Positions 10,654-19,855 of a DNA stretch of 35,195 nt are shown here, one piece after another. How positions within the stretch are numbered: position 1 is the first letter of the stretch; every line of letters begins with the position of its first letter. The notes below the pieces were generated by a model. That model ran no database searches. It saw only the letters and a list, made by a program, of their open reading frames with translations, and had not been told where the DNA came from. The translations under genes were made by a program, and so were the position numbers. This DNA comes from an uncultured delta proteobacterium (lineage in GTDB: Bacteria; Desulfobacterota; WTBG01; CAIYCZ01), in contig CAWDOY010000024.1 of NCBI GenBank assembly GCA_963803975.1, positions 1-35,195 on the forward strand. The letters run 5' to 3'.

Positions 10654-11451
10654 TTACTCAAGTCCGAACATGACGGTGCGGATGTACTCCTGCTGTTTCT
10701 CCGGGCCGAGCAGCTTTTTAAAGACATCGACCGCGGGCCCGCCTTTTTCCAGGAGTGTTGTGACATAGAGTTCAAATCCCTGCCGGACTTTCCTGCTCTG
10801 TTCGGCATCGAGCTTCTGCGCGTTCTTTGTCATTTCGATGTAGGCGTCAAGATACCCCTGAAATATGGCAAGCAGCTTAGCATCATCTTCAGCTTTTGCA
10901 TTGGCATGGATACTGACATCGGCAACAAAGTCCTTGTACCAGTCACGAACCCCGACCGGCGCGAAACCCTTCAGCTCAGCTGAAAGCTTTCTCATCTTGT
11001 CATAGCAGGCCTTCTTGTTGGCGTCATCAATGCGGGCAGGATCAATCAACTCCATGACGTATACCCGCTTGCCGCCCGGGATCGCGATGATATCGACAGA
11101 GAGCATGGGCAGGTTGTAATCATAGGCGGGCCTGAGCAGCAGCGTGTACATCCTGATGCAGAGAAACATGGTGGCGTCAATATTATTGATGCGCGCCAGG
11201 CGGTCAGACTGCTGGCTGTCCACCATGAACTGAAACATCTTAAGCGCCTTCCAGGGAGCGATGTATTGAAATTCTGCCTTGATCGGGTAGGGCTGCAGCG
11301 GAAAATTTTTCGCCAGCGCCTCGCGCGCATAGCTGTCGTAGCGCGCATACATGCGATCACCCTCTCTTCTCATAACCGAGGCGATGATCAGAGCCGCTAT
11401 GACCAGCAGCACGATGATGATGCCGAGATATTTAAGTATCTTTAAGAACAT
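10654..11451 (-). CDS. FDBR/RCCR-like (ferredoxin-dependent bilin reductase fold) protein with an N-terminal membrane anchor
   Basis: RPAYDYNLPMLSVDII...KRVYVMEL resembles the FDBR P-x-Y-D/N-L-P-x-F/L-G-x-D strand. The C-terminus Y...GGPAVDVFKKLLGPEKQQEYIRTVMF resembles the FDBR (D)P...FG...Y/F...LF tail. Residues 9-26 are hydrophobic. Confidence 0.65.
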   Translation of the reverse strand: MFLKILKYLGIIIVLLVIAALIIASVMRREGDRMYARYDSYAREALAKNFPLQPYPIKAEFQYIAPWKALKMFQFMVDSQQSDRLARINNIDATMFLCIRMYTLLLRPAYDYNLPMLSVDIIAIPGGKRVYVMELIDPARIDDANKKACYDKMRKLSAELKGFAPVGVRDWYKDFVADVSIHANAKAEDDAKLLAIFQGYLDAYIEMTKNAQKLDAEQSRKVRQGFELYVTTLLEKGGPAVDVFKKLLGPEKQQEYIRTVMFGLE

Positions 11452-11502
11452 GAAAGTACCCCTCGCTGCTTTTTAGACGCTCTGTATATGCAGTGCAGGC
11501 GC

Positions 11503-12592
11503 TTATTTCGCGTCTTCAATCTTCCTGCCGTCCGCCCAAAGGAGCTTTTCCGCTTTTGCTACATCCTCTTCTGCACCCTTTCTGACTTCAGGCTTGTCAT
11601 AGCTGCGGAACGAGATGTGAACATGGCCCGGATCGTCAGGCATCGTGGCCGGCACGATGTGCAGCGTCAGTTCCTTCCCGCCGTAGTTCTTTACTGCATG
11701 ATAGTAGATGTTAAAGAAGGTCCGGCGCTGCTCCTTCAGCGTCAGGCCGTTTTCCTTGGCCCACTGCTGCAGCAGCTTCTCTGCGGTCTCAAGATTGCCC
11801 CGAATACGTGAGCGGGTGAACAGTATCCGGTCAGTGCTTTTGTGCTCGGTATAGTGGCGGGGCTTGTATTTAAGCTTGCTCGGATCGGTAAGGGATGCCG
11901 GCTGCAGCGAGGTCCAGTACCCGCGGTATTTTGCCAGATCAGTGCGCGCCGGCAGGTTCAGCATCTTCTGCCGTACCTCGTTGCCAAATACCTCAACCCG
12001 CTCCGGCACCAGCGATTCCCAGATATCAAGACCACTCCAGGCCGCTCCTTCCTTGGCCAGCTTTTCCAGCAGCCAGATCTGAAACGCATCAAATCCCTGC
12101 AGCACCGGCATGACCTGCCTGCCGCCGAATCCGCCGATGACAACCGGCTTCACGTTGGGGAATTTCTCCTGGATCTCAACCAGATAGTTGCGTGCCGCCG
12201 ATAAGGTGCGGCGTACCCCCGGCACTTTCAGCACCATGGTCTCGTCCCAGTCACCCTGGAGAAGAAAATACGCGACCTTTTTCTGGGCAAGCTCATTCTG
12301 ATAGACCTCCACAAACTTGTAGATCCGTGGGCGACGGCTTTTCATTCTTGGAATAGCTGCCGATGATGACATAGTCATAGGGCTTTACCGTTATTACCTG
12401 GTCAAGCTTTTTTACATCAAGCTGCTGCTGATCATCGCCGATGATGGCCCTGAGCCAGTAGGCCACTTCAGGGGTTGAGCCATAGATTGAATCATACACC
12501 AGAAGCCCCTTGAGCGGAGCAGCACTGGCCAGTGCCGGCAGCATCAGAAGCATTAGTACGGCGACTCCAATCAGATTTATTCTTCGCTTCAT
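11503..12592 (-). CDS. Secreted flavodoxin-domain (HemG/Flavodoxin_5-like) protein with an unknown C-terminal domain (frameshift near 12330)
   Basis: Signal peptide ending ALASA-AP. LLVYDSIYGST FMN phosphate loop, YDYVIIGS, KKVAYF, FGGR. Joins ORFs 12293..12616 and 11503..12378. Confidence 0.7.
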
Positions 12593-12697
12593 AACATCCT
12601 CCTTGTAAATGAACACAGGTTTAAAGATTTAAAATCCTATATACCGCAAAATATAGAGGACACAAAGGATTTTATTTGGGTCCTCTACGGCGATCTT

Positions 12698-14062
12698 TTA
12701 TATGGTGAAGCTGCAGTCGTAGCCGGCGCGGATGGTGTTTTTCAGCATCACCTTGGTGGGCAGGGTGGCAAAGCCTTCAAGCTTTTTCAGCAGCTCCGGC
12801 CGCTCAGCCTGAATGGCCGGAATGACTTTCGCCATGGCGCTGCCCATGTGCTTCGGCACTTCATAGGGATCAAGCAGGGTGGGCAGGGTTTCCTTGATTT
12901 TGCTGAATATATAATCAATCTCGCTGTCAGTGCACAGAATAGGCATGGCAAGGTTCTTGAGGAAGACCGTATAGTCAAGGGTATCCAGATGATAGGTCTT
13001 CCACCAGTCGAGATACGGCTGTATGCCCTCCTCATTGCGGAGCCCTTCCTGGAGAGCATAGCTCACGGTATTCCCGGCCTTCCAGCCGCACATCACCGCG
13101 CCGCTCATCTCTGCTTCCTGGCACCAGCCTGCATCGCCGGCAAAGATAACATTATCCTTGAACGGATGGACGATGGGGCCGTACATGTTGCCGCACACGC
13201 CGAGTTTGCGGATTTTTTTTGCCTTCTTGAACCAGGGGGCAAACCGGCTTTTGCTGATGAAATGTTCACAGAGCGCTTCATGATCGTTGGGCGGATTGGT
13301 ATCAGATACCATTACCAGCCAGAGGTCCTCACCATTGTGCTTCCAGGCCCTGGGGATGATGAAGCCGAGCATGGGGGGATCACCGCTCTGGACCAGAGGC
13401 TGAATCAGCGCGTAGGGACTGGGGAGATCCAAATCAGTCATCTCGTAGGCCCATGAGGCACACGTGCCGTAGAAGCCGCGGTTCTTGTTCATGCCCAGAA
13501 GCCGTGCGGTCCGAGAGACGCGACCGTCTGCTGCTATGACAAAAGGGGCTTTAATGCTGAGGCCTTCTGCGGTATACACCCATACCCAGTCGCCGGTTTT
13601 GCGCACATCCACCACATTGGCGCTGGTGAAAATTTTCACGCCCAGCCTCTGGCACTCTTCAACCATGCTGCGCAGAAAATAGCCCTTGTCATAAACCGCT
13701 GTGGCTCTTCCGGCTTTTCCCTTCTGGACGTTGGTCGAATAATCTCCGAACTTGATTTTTTCTCCTCCGGGAGAGAATATCTCCCAGGAATAGAAGTCTT
13801 TTGCCGGGCCGTCATATTTTACGCTGAAGCCGTGATGGGGGAATGAGAAGAGCTTCTGCTCCTCATTGTATATAAGCCGCTCGCCCATATAATTTCCCGA
13901 CAGCGTCACCAGCATCATGCCGCACATGCGCAGCACGTCATGAATAACCTCCTTGCGCTCCAGCAGCGCGACAGAAAGGCCGTTTTCTGCGGCAAATTTC
14001 GCGGCAGTAAGCCCTGCCGGGCCGGCACCTATTACGATGAGATCATATCCGCTTTTCACCAT
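12698..14062 (-). CDS. FAD-dependent oxidoreductase, geranylgeranyl reductase/FixC-like family
   Basis: YDLIVIGAGPAG, a CG motif after ERK, IAADGRVS and FAGDAG. Confidence 0.85.
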   Translation of the reverse strand: MVKSGYDLIVIGAGPAGLTAAKFAAENGLSVALLERKEVIHDVLRMCGMMLVTLSGNYMGERLIYNEEQKLFSFPHHGFSVKYDGPAKDFYSWEIFSPGGEKIKFGDYSTNVQKGKAGRATAVYDKGYFLRSMVEECQRLGVKIFTSANVVDVRKTGDWVWVYTAEGLSIKAPFVIAADGRVSRTARLLGMNKNRGFYGTCASWAYEMTDLDLPSPYALIQPLVQSGDPPMLGFIIPRAWKHNGEDLWLVMVSDTNPPNDHEALCEHFISKSRFAPWFKKAKKIRKLGVCGNMYGPIVHPFKDNVIFAGDAGWCQEAEMSGAVMCGWKAGNTVSYALQEGLRNEEGIQPYLDWWKTYHLDTLDYTVFLKNLAMPILCTDSEIDYIFSKIKETLPTLLDPYEVPKHMGSAMAKVIPAIQAERPELLKKLEGFATLPTKVMLKNTIRAGYDCSFTI

Positions 14063-14101
14063 TTATCCTCCTGCTGTTAATAATTTTATACTTACGTGTT
14101 A

Positions 14102-14755
14102 TCAGTCCCCGCCGGTCTGGCCGGTACCCGGTGGCTTGACGGCAGAGCCGTCATTTTTCAACAATAAACCTTCAAGGCATAGATTGAGGCGCTCATAGAG
14201 ATCATCAGAAGATAGTTTGCTGAGCCGTTTCACCAGGCAGTCTATGACAAACAGGTTGAAGATGCCCTCAAGCAAGGTGGCAAGCCTCATGGCCGGGACA
14301 TCCCTGCGTATTTGGCCCTGTTCCTGCCCCTGCTCCAGAAGACGTTCCAGAAACGTGCGGAACTCCTCGAAAAAGATCCGGTCATACGTCTGATTGAGAG
14401 AAGCGACATTATTAATAAGCAGCGCTCTGCTGATATTTTCATTTTTAGCGGCAAGCTGGGCGGTGGAGTGGAAAATGTCATGGATTTTTATTTTTATGGA
14501 AGCAGAAGAATTAAGAATCTCATGCCACCTTTTCTTGAGGGTGGGCAGCTTTTTATGGAACATCTCCGGGATAATATCTTCTTTGCGCGGGAAATAATTA
14601 AAGAAGGTGCTCTGGGCAATATTGATACGCCGGGTGATGTCCTCAACCGCGGTATTCTCAAAGCCCTTTTCAGCAAAAAGCTTCTGTGCGGTCTTTAAAA
14701 TGGCATCGCGCGTGGTTTTCTTTTTTTGTTCTCTCAGTTGTGATATTTTCTTCAC
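14102..14755 (-). CDS. TetR/AcrR-family transcriptional regulator
   Basis: REQKKKTTRDAILKTAQKLFAEKGFENTAVEDITRRINIAQSTFFNYFPRKED HTH. Likely start is GTG 14755, because the longer ORF runs through a REP-like element. Confidence 0.93.
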   Translation of the reverse strand: MKKISQLREQKKKTTRDAILKTAQKLFAEKGFENTAVEDITRRINIAQSTFFNYFPRKEDIIPEMFHKKLPTLKKRWHEILNSSASIKIKIHDIFHSTAQLAAKNENISRALLINNVASLNQTYDRIFFEEFRTFLERLLEQGQEQGQIRRDVPAMRLATLLEGIFNLFVIDCLVKRLSKLSSDDLYERLNLCLEGLLLKNDGSAVKPPGTGQTGGD

Positions 14756-14822
14756 CGGATATCTCGATGCAGCAGAACTTTTGATATATAATATAAATCC
14801 AAGCAAATATATTTGAAATTTT

Positions 14823-14873
14823 TGTAGGAGCGCATTTATGCGCGATGGTTTCGCGGCTAAAGCCACTCCTACA
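14823..14873. repeat. GTAG-type REP doublet (REPIN-like palindrome)
   Basis: TGTAGGAGCGCATTTATGCGCGA...TCGCGGCTAAAGCCACTCCTACA: two inverted GTAG-capped mini-hairpins. Confidence 0.7.
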
Positions 14874-15069
14874 ACAAAATCCCATGTCTATTAATAGTTA
14901 CCATTGGGTCCGGCTTGTCCGGGTTAGGGATTCCCCTATAGATTAAACAGGGATACCCTGACTTGACAGTATGGTGATGCACCTGATACTTAACAGAGTA
15001 TAACTATTGTATTGGCTATGGTGCCTGGTACTGGTATAGTTTAAATTAGTTAGCGCGCACAAAATTATC

Positions 15070-15121
15070 TTGACATAAATGAGTAAACTCATTAATAATG
15101 CAAATAACAAACATATGTCAA
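15070..15121. promoter_or_regulatory. Overlapping divergent sigma70-like promoters with palindromic operator AATGAGTAAACTCATT (15078-15093)
   Basis: TTGACA at 15070 (+) and TTGACA at 15121-15116 (-), each with an AT-rich -10-like box 17-18 nt away. 16-bp palindrome with a central mismatch. Confidence 0.7.
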
Positions 15122-15685
15122 GTTAATTTTTCCTCTTGCGCTGCGTTAAAAACGCGCTAAACACGCTGTCCCAAAGGCCCGTCCCCAAAGAGCCTGTTTC
15201 CAGGCAGCAGTCAATCAAAACGCACCTGACGCGGGGAATAGTTACCCGATGGCACCGGTAGGAACCTCAACCATACAGGGCTGGATCAGCTGTAATGCCC
15301 CGGCTCCTGACGTATCCACAGTACCCGGCACGGGGAGGCGAGACCTTCCCCCGCTCATACATAAAGCTGCGCACAGCACCTCTCTATCTATTGCCCCGGT
15401 TACGCAGCACTGCACAATGCCCCCAGCGCCCGCACCACGCGGCACTTTACCCGGCTCAAAAAAAACAGTAATTGACAAAATATACTCAGCGTGTAAAAAT
15501 TTGGCAATTTTTCAAACAGCTTGCCGAACTGCCTGCATAGTCTGCCCGGAACACCTGGTAAACAACAGGAGATGCAATACTATGATGAGTTGCTCGTACT
15601 ACTGTAATTCCGCGTAAATGAAAGACGCGTGGGAAATATAATCTACGGTAAGAGGATGACCATAAAAACATTAAGGGGTGAAGAC

Positions 15686-16774
15686 ATGAGAAAATCATTT
15701 TACGTCTGTGTGGCAATAACAGCACTAATACTGGCTGCTGGTTTCGGGACCGGCTGTAAAACAGGAGAAAAATTCAGGCACCGAAGATACCATCGATAAC
15801 ACCGGAAAATGTGACGGCGATTATGGCCCCGGATGAAAACAACCTGTGGCTAATAGGGAATTACGGCATAATCTTCCATTCAAGTGACGGCGGTAAAAAC
15901 TGGGCAAGTCAGGATTCAGGGATAAAAACTCTTCTCACGGATGGTATGTTTCTTGACAATAAAAATGGCTGGGTGGTGGGCATTGATGGCGTCATAATAC
16001 ATACCGGGGACGGCGGCACTACCTGGGTAAAACAGAATTCAGGCACAACCAAACATCTCATGAACATCACCTTTACTGATAAAGACTATGGATGGGCAGT
16101 AGGAGAATTTTCAACCGTTGTTCATACCGCTGATGGCGGTAAAACCTGGGCTCCCCAGCAGCCTGAGGCTGATAAGATTTATAACGATGTCTGTTTTCTT
16201 GACCGGCAGAATGGATTTATTGTCGGAGAATCCGGTGTTATGGTTCCGTACCATTGATGGGGGTGCTCATTGGGTTCCGATTATGCCCAAAGCCTTTGAA
16301 CGCAAAGATTTGGAAGACGAATATGAACGGCCCCGGCCATCGCTTTTCTGTATAATCTTTAAAGATAAAGTAAACGGATGGGCGTGCGGCAACTTTGGAG
16401 CGATACTGCGCACCACGGATGGAGGAATCTCCTGGGATGTGCTTCCCAGTCCAAGCCTTTTGGCTCTCTACACGATATGCATAAAGGATGGGAAAGGATG
16501 GTGCGTGGGAGATAAGGGGACCTACATGACATCACAGGACGGCGGCTTGACCTGGAAAAACGAAGAGGAAACCATCAAAACAAAAATGTGGTTTCGCGAT
16601 GTTGTTTTTACGACCCCTGATAAAGGCTGGATTGCAGGAGCGGGCGGTACCGTAATCAGTACAACGGATGGAGGGAAAACATGGGAATTTCACTCCGGCC
16701 TGTCTTATGACACCAAAGCCTTTAAATTCTTTGATGACATACTGGCTAAGTTTGAAAAAATGATGTCGGAATAA
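15686..16774 (+). CDS. YCF48/BNR repeat beta-propeller lipoprotein, paralog B (frameshifts near 15775 and 16250)
   Basis: ATG 15686 gives MRKSFYVCVAITALILAAGFGTGC, a lipoprotein-like signal. ORFs 15811..16257 and 16118..16774 carry many S/T-x-DGG-x-T/S/N-W repeats. Confidence 0.82.
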
Positions 16775-16793
16775 TTGAGATAATTAATAATAA

Positions 16794-16855
16794 GGATTGC
16801 GTCGTCGTTTCACTCCTCGCAATGACAGCAGGGGACTTTTTACGACTTTGTCAAG
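16794..16855. mobile_element. Right half of a MITE/REP-like palindromic element
   Basis: GGATTGCGTCGTCGTTTCACTCCTCGCAATGAC followed by the terminal repeat GACTTTTTACGACTTTGTCAAG. Inverted counterpart at 19363-19402. Confidence 0.6.
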
Positions 16856-16914
16856 ATTGGTCAAGAAAGCGTCTCTGATATTTGTCAAAGAAATTTAGAA
16901 AGGAAGATAATAAC

Positions 16915-19309
16915 ATGGGTAAAATAGAAACATTCATGGAGCGCGTTGCGAATCATGTCATAGAGAAGCGCAACATCTACCTTATCCTCGCCATCATCAT
17001 CACCGTCTTTTTCGGCTGGCAGTGCCGGAAGCTGTCGGTTAAGACCATATTTGCCGACCTGCTGCCGCAGCAGCACCCGTACATAAAGCTGCATAATGAG
17101 ATCCGCAACAAGTTCGGCGGTGCCAACCAGGTGCTTATCATGGTGGGGGTAAAAGCTACCGGCAAATACAAGGATGTATTTAATACCGAAACGCTGAAGA
17201 AAGTAAAATCCATAACAAATGATCTCCTGCTGTTTCATGCTGTTGACCGCTTTAAGATATTCTCTCTGGCAAGCTCGAAAGTTAAAGATTTCAAAGCCAC
17301 TCCTCAGGGATATGTATCTCTCTCGGTGATGTATCCAGAAGTTCCCACCACAGAAGAAGGTCTCAAAAAACTGAAGCTCACGGTCTATGGCAGTCCCGTC
17401 TGCTACCCGGGGTTAGTGTCTCTTGACAGCGCCAAGACGTTAGTCCAGGTTGACTTTTTTGAAGAGCAGATGGATTACAAAATCACCTACAAAGAGCTGA
17501 TGGATTTGCGGAAGAAATATGAAGATGATAATCACTTTGTTGCCATAGCCGGCAATCCCATGCACATCGGCTACATTGAAAGCTATGTGCCGCAGGCATT
17601 GAAGATTTTTGTCTACACCATTATCGCCATGCTGGTGATGTTTTTTCTGTTTTTCCGCACCAGGCGCGGTATGGTGATGCCGGTTTTTGCAGCGCTGATC
17701 AGCGCGGTGTGGGGCCTGGGGTTCCTGGCCATGCTCAACTTCAACCTTGACCCGCTGGTGCTGGTGTTCCCGTTTCTGATCGGGGCGATGGCTGCATCGC
17801 ACTCGGTGCAGGTGGTGAAGCGCTACCGGGAAGAGTCCATAACCCTTGGCAATGGCAAGGCAGCCTGCAAGAAAGTTATTACCAGCCTGTTCGTCCCGGG
17901 CATTGCAGGAATTATAACCGATGCCTCGGGCATTCTGATTATCGCCATTACGCCGATCGATATCCTGTATAAGATAACCATATCCTGCGCGTTCTGGGCC
18001 TTCGGCACAATATTTATCGCGTTTTTTCTGCTGCCCATCATCTTTTCCTATTTCCCAGTGCAGACAACACCGGAAAAGGAGGGGTTCCTGGACAGGATGC
18101 TGCATGGCATTGGTCATTTTATCTGCCGGAAAGGAAAAATCCCCATTCTGGTCATTGTATTGATTGTCTCCATCTGGGGCTACTTCCAGCAGCTGAAGCT
18201 GCCGGTAGGGAATGTGGTGCCGGGGTCTGAAATCCTGTGGCCGTTTCACCGCTACAACGTGGATGCGTTCCGGCTTATCTTTAATATGCCGCTTTTGAAC
18301 CCCATGTACATAGTGTGCGAGGCTGACAAACCCTATGCTCAGAGCAACCCGGCACTTGTACGTGAAATAATAAAATTCGGGCGCTATATGTCACGAACCC
18401 CCAATCAGCGGGTTGTTTTTGTGGGAAGCCTTAACGGACCGATCCCGAATTTTAACCGGGCAATAAGAGATACTGACCCCAAATGGATATTTCCTGCCAC
18501 CGTTAATGATCAGCTCAAAATGTTATGGCAGGTTGTCTATTCTACCGGATCTCCCGGGGACTGGGATAAGTATATTAGCGCGGATTCAAAAGACGCTAAT
18601 ATAGTTTTGTTCCTGCGTGACAAGACAGCGGACAGCCTCAGAGAAGTTATTGACCGGGTGAATAAATTTGTTAAAGAGGAATCTCTGGCCGGCACACCGA
18701 TAAAAGCGAAGCTCAATACTGACGAGGAGATAACCTTCACCTTCAAGTACCGGCTGGCCGGCGGCACCGCGGGAGTTCAGGCAGGTATCAATGAGACGCT
18801 GGTGAAATACAATGGCATGACGACAATCATTGCCTATATCATGTGCTTTTTGCTTTGTTGCGTTCTTCTTCCAGTCCTTTGTGGCGGCGATCTTTATCAC
18901 TCTGCCGCTGCTGACCTCGACCTTTCTGACCCAGGCGTTCATGACCCTCATGAACCCGCCGATCCCCTTAACCACGGCAACCCTGCCGATAGCATCAGTG
19001 GGCATGGGGCTTGGTGTTGACTATTCGATCTATATTGTCGGCCGTATTATTGAGGAATACCGGGATAACAAACGTGACCTGTATGACGCGATTGCAATAT
19101 CGCTGGGAACGTCCGGGAAAGCGGTTCTGTATGTCGGCTTAACCCTTATCTGCGGCCTGGGATTCTGGGCGATATCAAAACTGATGTTCCAGGCTTTGAT
19201 GGGGTTGCTGCTGGCAATCGTGCTGGTAATTAACATGCTGGGAGCGGTTTTTGTCGTACCCAGTTTTATAGCTCTGTTTAAACCAAAATTTATAACGTCT
19301 AAACGATAG
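16915..19309 (+). CDS. MMPL/RND-family transporter, paralog B (frameshift near 18865)
   Basis: ORFs 16882..19020 and 18830..19309. LDPLVLVFPFLI, IITDA, GMGLGVDYSIY motifs. AAGGA precedes ATG 16915. Confidence 0.88.
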
Positions 19310-19362
19310 CACGCTATGTGCGGTACCATACTGATTAAACTGCGTGAGGGAAAGAAAGGAGG

Positions 19363-19698
19363 CTTGACAAAGTCTTAAAAAGTCACCTGCGGTCATTGCG
19401 AGCATCTGACCCCGGCGCTGCGCTTCGGGGTTGTTCATGAAAGAAACAAGTCTCGGAAGACCCCTCTTACATCCCCCCTTGGCAAGGGGGGAAACAGGGG
19501 GGTGTCATTGCATGCATGAACCACCTGCACAATGTTTTTGAATTGTGCATGAACGGAAGTTTCTTAGGAGGAGCGACGCGGCAATCTCGCTTTTTCAAAC
19601 ACTTACAAAGGTAGATGCTTCACTTTCCCTTCGCTATGCTCTGTGTTACAGTTCACCGCAATGACAGTTTTTTATGACTTTTTTACGAGAGCATCAAA
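19363..19698. mobile_element. Non-autonomous MITE-like element with nested palindromic repeats
   Basis: Ends CTTGACAAAGTCTTAAAAAGTC / GACTTTTTTACGAGAGCATCAA, inner GTCATTGCG / CGCAATGAC, internal hairpin CCCCCCTTG-G-CAAGGGGGG. No transposase. Confidence 0.6.
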
Positions 19699-19855
19699 GA
19701 TTTAAAATATTTTAGTTGCAAAAACAATTTGACTGGTATAAGTAAATTTAAAAAACAGAGAAGCGGCAGGTGCGGACACAATTTCTGGTACTGGTTAAAC
19801 AGGGGTAAAACAGAACGTATTTGAAAATCTATTAATCTAAACAAGGGAGGGCTTG

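Noticed and set aside
14756..14866. N-terminal extension of TetR given by the ORF track
   Set aside because: It runs through the REP-like palindrome, and the TetR-like sequence starts at about 14755.
15242..15725. ORFs 15242..15478, 15249..15617 and 15486..15725 as genes
   Set aside because: No RBS or recognisable domain, atypical composition, and they overlap promoter-like sequence or the true start at 15686.
17440..18249. Long antisense ORFs (this one, 893..1501, 12848..13456 and similar)
   Set aside because: They are shadows of well-supported genes on the opposite strand.
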